Source of the DNA: Felis catus | Taxonomy: Eukaryota | Direction of reading: 5' to 3' | DNA length: 64,000 nucleotides | NCBI RefSeq assembly: GCF_018350175.1 | Contig: NC_058368.1 | Location: 204,726,001-204,790,000, forward strand | Part shown: piece by piece, positions 53,201 through 64,000 of the stretch | How positions within the stretch are numbered: the stretch's first letter is position 1 | Layout of the letters: every line of letters begins with the position of its first letter | Program-made: the position numbers and the translations under genes | The notes under the pieces: generated by a model | What the model was told of the DNA's origin: nothing | The model's input: only the letters and a program-made list of their open reading frames with translations | Database searches by the model: none

Positions 53201-54972
53201 ATTCACAACCAGTACATTTTCAACTGCCTTTGTGTTGCTACCTTTCTAGTTCTAAAATTCAGGGTACCACTGGCAAACAGATGAGAAAAAAGGTAAACTA
53301 TAGAGGAAACAGAAAAAAAGAAGGAAAAGCTAGCATATTTGACAAAAGAAAAAAGGCAGGCATTCCTTTTGACTATTTTATAGAACTACAACAGAGGCGA
53401 ATAAAGGAATCTTTCTAGACAGATGACTTAGCACCCTTGAAGTTGTAGGTCAACAAACAGGAAATATTCACTTGGTTTGAACTAGAACACAGAGTTCCTG
53501 TCTTAGAAATTTTATAGGACTGTCAACAGTGACAAGTGGTTGGGTCAGCTGTTGAGTTTCACGTCTTCCATGGACAGAGCAGGCTTAATAACCCTGGAGC
53601 ATGGTTCAGTACTGATTTAAGAAGCAATAGCTTTCAATTAGGAGCTACAGCTGCCACTTCCTACATCCACCAAGATTTCTTGGGTGGTCTTTCACCACGC
53701 TGCAATTATCAATGCAACTTTATTTATGGGCTCAGACAGGTCTTAGGACAGAGCAGGATAGTTGTTATCCACTGAGTCAATACAGCTGCTTTGTTAACTT
53801 GCCCTACGGTGCAATTTCACAAGCTTGACATTACTTTTTCTTGTGTGTTTTGTACTCGTGTTTTTTGATCAATGAGTCAGAACTAGCTGAACAAACCTGA
53901 GCTTTAGAACAAGGCAAGGGTGGTAGAAGGAGCTAAGGCTTTGGGGCCAGTGTGCCCTGAGTCTGAACCCTTGCTTATTTGATTTTAGGAAAATAATATC
54001 TTTTCTTGTAGTCTGAGTTTCCTCAAATTCATTGAACTGGGAATAGTAAGAGTAATCTTGCTGAATTATTATGAGATTGAACTCTAAGAAATGCCTGCTT
54101 AATAAATGTTTATCATCTTATGCCCAGGATATTTGGGTGATTCATATTTCATATATTGAAGTTGATTTGAATATATTTGTTATAACAAGAGCTAACATTT
54201 ATTTGGTATGGCCATCTGTCAGACCCTATGCTCAGAGATTTTGATGTATTATCTCATTCAATCCTTTTAACTGTGGTATGAGATGGGGACTGATGGTACC
54301 CATGGATGGGAAGCACCACGCCCAGGAGGTCTCATTTCAAATCCCATGCTGTCAACCTCTATATCACCACTTCCTATTATTCTAGAAGAAGAGTTCTACA
54401 TCAAGAAGACATAAGGAAGTCGCATAGCACAATGGTAATGAGTAAGAGTGCATGAGTAGGATGCCTGGGTTTGACTCATGGTTCTGAACTTCTCAGCTAT
54501 GTGGGCAAGTCACTTATTCTCCCTGTGCCTCTATCTCCTCATTTGTTAAATAAGGATAACAGTAGGATCTTTAGGATGACTCTTAATGATTTAAAATACA
54601 TAAAGTGCTTAGAACAGCACGTGGTAATTGTAAGCACTACTGTAGATCTTCAACACGAACTAAAAACAATTTTTTTCTTGCTCCTTTCAATGATTACAAA
54701 CTTTCCTTATAATTTTGCATCAGCTAATAACTTTGCTAGTGCTTTATAAAAAATAAGATCTGAATTTCTTTTTAACACAATAATCCATTCTGTCCTCTTT
54801 ATGTTGTGAACAGTACTAAAACCCACTTAGGTCAGTGAAATCATAGGGCAAGAAAAAGAGAGAAAATAAAAGCATGGTCTTGAAAAGCAGGCACTCATCA
54901 GATCAGAGACCCATCCGACACTGTAGCCACACCCATCACATGCAATCTGTGATTTTGAAAACTCACACTTTT

Positions 54973-55200
54973 GGGGTGCCTGGGTGGCTCAGTCGGTTGA
55001 ACGTCCGACTTCGGCTCAGGTCATGATCTCGCGGTCTGTGAGTTTCAGCCCTGCATCGGGCTCTGTGCTGACAGCTCAGAGCCTGGAGCCTGCTTCTGAT
55101 TCTGTGTCTCCCTCTCTCTCTGCCCCTCCCCCACTCGTGCTCTGTCTCTCTCTGCCTCAGAAATAAATAAACATTAAAAAAAATTAAAAAAAAGAAAGAA
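54973..55200 (+). mobile_element. Can-SINE
   Basis: TSD gaaaactcacactt. Confidence 0.92.
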
Positions 55201-55706
55201 AACTCACACTTCAGCACTGTCACACTTTTAAAGATCTTATTTTTCAAGGTCAAAAACTCAAGTTTAGGATTACATTTGAAAGTTCAGAATTCCCTTTGTC
55301 ACAAGTACCTGTGATACAAAATCCAGTACTTTCATTTCACTTGTTTGGTGTAAGGAGTGGGAAGTGTGCAACATTTTCCTTAATTTTTGCAGCAGGGGGT
55401 TTACCACATTCTAATTCTGAATTTTCCTTTGGCCCCACAATTCCTGGTTTATGATTTGTAATTTGAAAGCTATGCATCAGCACAGCTACACAATAAAGTA
55501 GCACCTGCACATTTCCCTTTTTGAATGATCCTAAATAAACACAATTCAATAATGCCCCCAATAGTTTAATACATAGCTCATTTTATAGAATTTCAAACAG
55601 TGCCCTTTTTTGTACTTTTTTGACTAATTTTTTTAGCCTGGAGTTTAATTCAAGGGTGAAGCAACTATACCATCGGGTTTAAAATCACTGTAAAAAAATT
55701 TTTTTA

Positions 55707-56140
55707 GGGGCACCTGGCTGGCTCAGTCTGTTGGGCATCCGACTTCAACTCAGGTCATGATCTCATGGTTTGTGAGTTCAAGCCCCACGTTGGCCTCTGT
55801 GCTGCCAGCTCGGAGCCTGGAGTCTGCTTTGGATTCTGTGTCTCCCTCTCTCTCTCTGCCCCTCCCCTACTTGTGCTCTGTCTCTGTCTCTCAAAAATAA
55901 ATAAATGTAAAAAAATTAAAAAAAATTTTTACTGTTTATTTTTTAGACAGAGAGAAAGAGAGAGAGCACGAGTGGAGGAGGGGCGGAGACAGAGAGAGAG
56001 ACACACACACACAATCTGAAACAGGCTCTAGGCTCTGAGCTGTCAGTATAGAGTCCAATGTGGGGCCCGAACTCTGAACGCCAAGATCATGACCTGAGCC
56101 TAAGTCAGACGCTTAACCGACTGAGCCACCCAGGCACTCC
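55707..56140. mobile_element. Tail-to-tail inverted Can-SINE pair
   Basis: A plus copy (55707-~55925) abuts a minus copy (~55926-56140). Confidence 0.9.
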
Positions 56141-56172
56141 TAAAATCACATTTAAAAAATATTTGTACTGGG

Positions 56173-56278
56173 TGGTTGTATGCAAGTGATGAATCACTAA
56201 ATTCTACACCTGAAACTGATATTACGCTATATTTTAACTAACTGGAATTTCAATAAAAACTTGAAACTACAAAAAAAA
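56173..56278 (+). mobile_element. Short carnivore L1 3' end
   Basis: gatgaatcactaaattctacacctgaaac...aataaa, flanked by the ttgtactggg repeat (56163-56172, 56279-56288). Confidence 0.75.
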
Positions 56279-59200
56279 TTGTACTGGGACACAATGCTGA
56301 GGTTGAGAATACAGCAGAAGACTTACTAAATAAAATCAGTACAACTTTCCCTTTTAATAAAAAACTACCGCCCATCTTTTGGATTGATAATATCAGTCTG
56401 GAAAATATTTTTGAATAAGCAAATTAACTGCACAGATATGACTGGGAGAATAGGTGGAAATGGAGGAGCAGAGAGAAATAGCTGGAAACAGTTCAGCCAG
56501 TCACTCTAAGTATGTCTCCCGTTTCTCACTGCTCCAGGAGACACTATGGGCCAGCTGCAAGAGAAGCCCATCTCTTGGTCCATGTGTGTCTACTAACCTT
56601 AGGCCCCTGGCCTCTTCTTCTCAACATCTTTCTTACTGATAAATGGCTGCCACACACCAAGGTTTCTGTTTCATTCTCGACACTCAACCAGGGTATCCAC
56701 TGAAAACCTGGTCCAGCCTCGAGAATCTGGAGTTTCTCTAACCCCTTTGAGATGTGCAAGATGTTGGGAAGGAGACAGAAAGATTACAGAGGTGCCTGGG
56801 TGGAGACTGAAGATTTCTTGGGACCAAACCTCTCAGATGTGAACCAGATACACCTGAAGGGAACATGTGAGCAGTGTGGCTTCTTTGGCATCCTATCATA
56901 GGAAGCCCACGCCTTGTCAGCATTTATGAAAGCTCTCAGATTCATTGTAGAGGTCCTTAATACCCAAGTGGGGGCCCTTTTTACCAACGATGGAGAAACC
57001 GGGCAAACCCTATTTCCAGGATCTCTTCCCCCTACTTGACAATTCCATTTTTTCCCCAGCAAAGTCCCCAAGGAGCAGACTAGATGAAGTCCAACTTATG
57101 CTAATGAAGGCCTATAATGATATAAAATCACCTTAGAGTTTCTATGTGTAAACTGACAGTGGTTACTTGCACTCATGAATTTACGATGCTTGGAAATGTG
57201 TTCAAGATAAAGGCTATGTCACCTACTTAATTGGGGAATTTGGTTCAGAATCCCCAAAAGACAACCACAATTCTGGTACGAAGAATTGCTTCATAAAGAC
57301 TTCCACATGCTGGATATATTTTTATTGTATTCACTACTCTCACAGATTTTATTTCAACTAATTAGTACTTGATGTGATTACAAAGTAATAAAACATATCA
57401 TTTTAATCATTATGCCAGCACTCATATATTTAAAAACATTATCTTTAAAACTGAGTGGATTGGGAAGTTTTAAGTAAATCCCAATGAGGTTGTTACCACT
57501 CAAAGGATTTTTAAAACTCTTCCTTGGGAATTATCTTTTGAGTTAAATGAATTCATGCGCCACATAAGAAAATCAGTCTTACTACTTTTTAGTCCCAACC
57601 AATCTAATTTAATAATACCGTGAAAGTGTTCGGAGCAAAAAATTTCATTATGTGTAACTGGCTGGTACTGGCATTTTCCTGTCCCTACTTGCAATTTCCC
57701 CAGGCAACTGTGGATAACTGGGGTAGTAAACATAATGGAAGCATTTAAGTGTTACTGTTGCTCTCTATAATATTATCTCCAGTAAATTCATACCCTCGTG
57801 TATGACTTCGAATAACATCATGGTGTAAGGAAAATTGGGACAAAGAGGCTTCAATAAGTCGTAAGCACTTCAGGTGTAAGTTCTTCTTTCTTTCTAGCCC
57901 CTGGCTCCCATCCGTCTACTTCCTGGATCCCTTAAGATAATTTTATGTTTGCAATAGTGCTCAGTAAATACTCCCAATTCACTAGTAGTGGGTTGAAGGT
58001 TGAAATCTACCTTTCTAATTTATTCTTCCAACTGAAATCTATGTTTCTTAAAGGAAAGGACTCTGGTTCTCCCCTGGATGGTTGGCTTACCCCCAAAATA
58101 AACAGGATTTTCAGAACATTCTGTTTTCTCAACCTGTCACACTGCTTTATAGCAGTCAAACAAAATCCTTGTATTGGGCTACTTTATTTTCAAAAAGACT
58201 GCAGAAAGTACCCTACTCCATGTCCAGGATCATGCTTTTCAGATTTAATTATTTTAACTAGTTCTGATAAATCATTTCATCTCCTTTACTTACCCTGGCT
58301 GTTCTTTTTGTGCTTCAGAAGGTTGCTTATCCAGAGTAGGAAATAAGGTCCAGGGAGTAGACCATAATTTTCCAGATGTCTGTTTTCAAGAGCTCTTCAA
58401 AAAGAACCAGACTTTTTGGCTTTGTCTCCTCTTAAATGGGGTTTTATGGCTCTGTATTACTTTACAAATATCAAGGGCCCTGTACCTTATTAGTTTGATA
58501 ATTTCCTCTTTTGCTGAATATTAATCTTCAGTTTATTTTCCCCAGGTTCACTAATTAAGGTATTTTGTTTATTTTAAATTAGTTATTATTATTTTTACAA
58601 ACAGTCCTTATTCCATTTATAAAATTCCAAATTCCAAATCCCTTTTAAAAAGTATCCTGCAGGACCTCAGATCTTGGGGTTGATACATTTATATACTTTT
58701 CACTTGTGTTAATGAAATGTTAATGGCTTCCTGCACCACTGCATTTTCAGAGCTGGATAGCAAAAAGGAAGGAAACTAACATCGGCTCAGTGGAAACTTT
58801 CATGCATGCTTACGAAGTTGGTTGTATTTATCCTTGTTTACAGATCAGCAGTTTGAGGCTCAGAGGTTAAGTGACTCGTCCAAAATCCCACAGCTAAGTG
58901 ACCAGCAACGTCAGGATTCAAGCCATGCCTGTCTGAGTGCTTCGGCAAGACTTCTAAGAGGGCTGTGCCTTTGAGTTTCATTTTTCAAATACTCTCATCT
59001 GAAGGAAGTTTTAGGAAAATCACTTGTGCTTTCTGAACCTCTCAGACGAGAGAGATTATCATTACTGATTCCAGGAACAACAAATATTGGTCAGTTTTAA
59101 GAGGCAAGATCTCGAGAGCTACAGGTGCTGCAGTTTGTCACGGTTTATTGAGGACACTACCAAGTAAGCTAAGTGCAACAACCCAAATCTGCAGGCAGCC

Positions 59201-59459
59201 GTGCACAGGAAATATTTCCATTTATTTTGATTTCTCTTCCTTATTGTTATTGTTATTGTTAGACATGTAGAACTTTCATAGACCAAGGGAGTAGGGTAAG
59301 AGAAGGCCAAATGAAATCTCAGCTTTCTGATGTTTATGAACGAAGGAGAGTGAGGAGTCCCTGTTTCCAGGCTTGGGGCAAAGACAGGAATAAGGCTCTA
59401 GGAAAATCCAGGAGTAGAGATGAAGCCAGGAAGACAAATTATTTTCCCTTTCATCCTCC

Positions 59460-59460
<1 letters not shown>

Positions 59461-59508
<48 letters not shown>
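59461..59508. repeat. (AC)n microsatellite
   Basis: Directly visible. Confidence 0.95.
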
Positions 59509-59510
<2 letters not shown>

Positions 59511-59752
59511 CTTGCACTGCCAGCCATGTCCCCCTTCACCAGAAAAAAATAACCAGACCTAGTCACATGACAGAGATTCTTTGCCACCCTGTTTCACTAT
59601 TTGGAGCAACCCATAATTTCCTCTCCTTTGAGAGGAAACCTGAGAACTCCTTATGAGTTACAGAGTCCCAGAACACTTGGAAGCAATGTGCACATCATTG
59701 TCATACCTGATCCTTGTGAAGGTGAGAGTGTAAATATAAATATTTGCATTTT

Positions 59753-60351
59753 GGGGGTGCCTGGGTGTCCCAGTCAGTTAAGCATCCGACTCTTGGTTTT
59801 TGACTCAGGTCATGATCTCAGTGTTCGTGAGTTTGACCCCCGCAGCGGCTCTGTGCTGACAGCATGGAGACTGCTTGGGATTCTGTCTCCCTCTCTCTCT
59901 GCCCCTCCCCTCCTTGCTCTTTGTATCTCTTTCAAAATAAATAAAAATAAACTTTAAAAATAAATACATATATATATTTCTATTTTTGAAAAGAAAGACA
60001 TAGGCTTCAAGAGGTCCATGACTTTTATATGGTGGAGCAGGTACACCAGGCCAGGTTTTCTAACTATGCTCTTTCTACTTATTCTTGTTGCTGGAAATCT
60101 CTGGTCTTTAAAAACTTAAAAACACTTTTTAAAAAAAATTTTTTTTAATGTTTATTTATTTTTGAGACAGAGAGAGACAGAGCATGAATGGGGGAGGGGC
60201 AGAGAGAGAGGGAGAGAGACACAGAATCGGAAGCAGGCTCCAGGCTCTGAGCCATCAGCCAGAGCCCCACGCGGGGCTCGAACTCATGAACCGTGAGATC
60301 ATGACCTGAGCTGAAGTCGGACGCTCAACCGACTGAGCCACCCAGGCACCC
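59753..60351. mobile_element. Inverted Can-SINE pair (59753-~59970 +, ~60125-60351 -)
   Basis: SINE motifs in opposite orientation. The second copy has TSD aaaacacttttt. Confidence 0.9.
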
Positions 60352-63300
60352 AAAAACACTTTTTAAATCAAGGTACTTTACACATAGCGCAAAGCATAAA
60401 TTTAAGTTTACATTTCAATGACTTGACAAAAACACGCAGTGTCATCCATATCCAAACCAAGATACAGAACACTTTTTAAAAAATTTATGGTAGCATAAAA
60501 TCTTGGACCATTGGGCAAGTCTATTCAAGAGGGGGAAAAAGCCATATTCAGGGAAATAAAACTTTAGGCACTTGATATACGTGTGTAAGATCCTTTTGCC
60601 TGGAGGGGAGAGGGGAGAAGCCAGCTAGAGTGCTGATTTTTCTAAGCTATCCCCTTGTAATTTCACTCATGTGTCCTGGAAGTTGGTAAGCCCCTCCACT
60701 CTTCTTTATACTTTCATATAAGATCTTCTAAGAGCATGTGAAAGTTAAAGAAAAGCATCAGGTTTTCCCGTCATTTTTACTTAGGCTTTTGGTTTTCTTA
60801 TAGTATTAATATCATACCACAAAGCTCTTGGTTGCAGTTGGCTAATTAGTCTCACTCATAATGAAAAAAAGGACCCAAATCCCGTCTTAAACCTTACACA
60901 GTGCAGCTCAGTGTTTTCTAGTCAGATGGTTCTCAACCGTAATGTTATAATTACACCATTTTCTCAGCAGCACCATCCACTATAATTACAGTCAAAGCTA
61001 AGACTATGTTTATAGTGTACTAAAGAGGATGGAATTGCTTCATTTTAAGTGATTCAGTTACCTCCTCTGTTGGTAACAGAAACGTGTGGTAATGGAAGAG
61101 TCATGGTCTGAATATACTTCTCCAAACAACAATTTTGGATACCTAGAAGTCAAAAAAGAAAATAAAAACCCCAAGCCCCAATATGAGAATTCCTGGTCTG
61201 GCTGCCACAATGACTCCTAATTTGAAAATCTAGGATGGGTAAGGTGATGGAGACCAACATGCTGGTGGCCCCTGTGGGGCCTAGAGGATGTCCTCACTTG
61301 ATTTGCTTTACTGCACATCATGCCCAAGCACCCCAAGTCCGTCTGCAGGACCAACATCGTGGCAGTATGTTCTATCTAGGCTCTGAAGCTACATGATGAT
61401 GACGCATCCAAACACAGAAAACTTCTGTCCTGCGGGACATTCATTCCTTTAAGACATATTTCATTCATTGCCATATGGGCCAATTCTGGGTACCAAGTAC
61501 ATAGCAAGGAACAAGGCAAAGATCTCTATCCTCATGGAACTTAACTATAATCTATTTTAAACTTGTCTTTTGACTATTTACCTGGATGCATAAAAAGAAA
61601 GCTTTTGCTTTTACTAGGAGGGACTGGAGATTTATCCATATTAGCTTGCATGTCAAACCCTCAGTCGGGTATAGACTGAAAGCTACTATTTTCTTACTAT
61701 ATGGGTATGGACTCAGTCTGGCAAAGAGAGGAATGGGAAGTGAGTGGAACATGCTGGGATTATGCTTGCTGGGTAGTCAGCTAGGAGACAGCACCTGTCA
61801 ATTCTGTGACACTGAGAGAGGCCGAGACAGATACTGCATTTTCAGTGCACCTCTCACTTGCTTGTCCAAAGCCTCTGTTTTAAAATGTTTCATAAAACCT
61901 TGACGCTCTTTGCCTTGTCCTGCTCCGTGGAACCTTAAGTGTAGGAAGAACAGGAGACAACACTGTGGTCAACCGTAAAGGATGACTTGGTGGGAAGACA
62001 TATCTAGGTACATGTCTTGTGATTGTAGTTTAGGGATTATTTCCCAAGTATATGGGGTTTTGTTCTTTTTCTTTTTAGAATAGGTGTAGGCAAGGTTATG
62101 AATAAATTTGGAAAGCTTTTAGGCCAATAAGCAAATGCATATGGTATAAATGATCCTCTCCTTGGTTCCGAGACATCTAAGAGCTGAGCCTAGGGCTCCT
62201 AGAAATCAGTCAGCAACATTAAGGTAACTGAAGAGTCCTGGAAATGAAATTCTATTATTTTTGGTTATCATTTGGATTTCTTCTTATTTATGTGAACTTG
62301 AATGACTATGTTACCTGCACTGCTTTCAGCCTCTAGGCTCCCGACTTGGGACGTTGTGCAGAGGTGACTGGGGAGAAAGTAGGCCATGTGGCATGGACAA
62401 GGGCAGGGGTGGCTGGCCATATTCCAAATGTTCTCTGTAGGCTTGTGAATGGCAAGCCTTCAAGCTGTGGCTTTAAGAGAAAATAGCTAGAAAGTAGAAA
62501 TGAGAAAAAGACTCCATTTTGAAAATTGCAACTAACTCGTTCTGTCTTCTTACTCTTTCTTTTTGATTTGTGACTTAATCAAAAGCCTGTTGGTTATCTT
62601 TCCTATTTCTTGTTTTATGAGTGGTGAGAGGCTAACCCACGGGGGCAGAATGTAAATGCTCTGTGGCCGTATCATCCCAGAATCTCTACTTGGATACAGC
62701 AGTGTTTACTATAATGTGACTTCAGCTCTAGGAAAATGTTTGCACCAGTGTCAGACCTAGAGCAGAGCTGGTGTGCAAGCAAATAACATCACACTAGGTA
62801 ATAGCAGCAATGAAATCTTCCAAACTGGAGCTCAAATACGACTTAGAACCGCAGCCTTAAATTTTAGCCAAGTCGTTTATATTTTTCCTTGCCAACTGAA
62901 ACCAAGGACGCCTTTCAACATCAACCCTCATGATTACACCGTGCAGCGTAACACATTAATGTCTAGTTAGCCAGAATGCAAACATTTTCTGTTTTTTTCT
63001 ACAGCAGTTCTCTAAACTGATGTGTTCTTATGAGGGTCTTTCCTACTTTTCAGAGAGATAACACTCTGGTCACTAGTAAGGCTAATTTCATGGGTCTCAC
63101 TGGGAATATGAATTGTCTTTACTAGGGGATGGGGGTTGAGATTGTTTATGAGGTATTACTCTATTTTTATTATGAAAATACACACAAACAGATAAAAATA
63201 TGCAAATACACACAAAAATAGAGAGCCTGGCTTAGTGAACCATGTTAAATAATAATAAGAGTAACACTAGTAAAACCATGTATATTATTATCAATAATAA

Positions 63301-63460
63301 CAACAAAACATATATTCGTCACCCAGCTTGAAATATTATTAGCATTTTACCAGTCCTGTTTTGTGTTGTTTATCTATTTTTTGGTCATCTGCTTTTAGCC
63401 GTAACTACCTACATGGCTATCTCTAAAAGCTAATAAAGACACTCCTGTTAAAAAATTAAT

Positions 63461-63680
63461 GGGGCGCCTGGGTGGCTCAGTCGGTTAAGTATCTGACTTT
63501 GGCTCAGGTCATGATCTCACAGTCCGTGAGTTCAAGCCCCGCATCGGGCTCTGTGCTGACAGCCTGGAGCCTGGAGCCTGCTTCTGATTCTGTGTCTCCC
63601 TCTCTCTGACCCTCCCCTGTTCATGCTCTGTCTCTCTCTGTCTCAAAAATAAATAAACATTAAAAAAATAGAAAATAAAA
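63461..63680 (+). mobile_element. Can-SINE
   Basis: Intact head; TSD-like aaaaattaat. Confidence 0.92.
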
Positions 63681-64000
63681 AATTAATACAAATATTATAC
63701 CTAACAAATTAATAATGATCCCTCAATACCACTAAATGCCCAGTCTGTGCTCAAATTTCTAAAAGATATCTTTAAAAATTCATTTGTTTGAATCAGGATT
63801 CATTGTTTGACAATTCATTTGTTTGAATCAGGATGCAAACTAGGCCCACACAATGTCTTGTCTGTTCAAATCCATGACATTTCTTCTCTCTTCTTTTTAT
63901 TCTGTGATTTTTTTTTTTTTTTTTTGGTTGAGGATATTTTCCTTCAGCTTCTTGCATCTTAGAGTCATTTACAATGTTCCTCTACGCCTCTTATTTCCTA

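Overview
This is eukaryotic, cat-family DNA, judged from the dense tRNA-derived Can-SINEs (including the young SINEC_Fc type) and carnivore L1 3' ends. The window holds the 3' half of the growth hormone receptor gene (GHR) on the minus strand: exon 4 (33146-33275), 5 (26248-26420), 6 (21033-21211), 7 (12728-12893), 8 (9460-9550), 9 (4706-4775) and the exon 10 CDS (3403-4374). A ~2 kb 3'UTR ends just past AATAAA at 1407-1412. All exon lengths (130/173/179/166/91/70) and GT-AG sites fit the known mammalian GHR structure, and the spliced frame is open. Positions 33276-64000 are intron 3; exons 1-3 were not found. Other content: a solo ERV LTR just downstream of, and convergent with, the GHR 3' end; a full-length RPL39 processed pseudogene nested in a Charlie1 hAT transposon in intron 6; about 27 SINEs; L1/L2/MER fossils; and microsatellites. 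I found no convincing wholly new system. The best leads are an LTR facing a palindromic two-way polyA signal, a read-through soluble-GHBP-like isoform, the conserved truncated-GHR cryptic acceptor, a possible orphan retro-insertion inside Charlie1, and near-identical SINEs bracketing exons 5-6. Repeat family names and human/dog comparisons come from my recall of consensus sequences, not from a database search.
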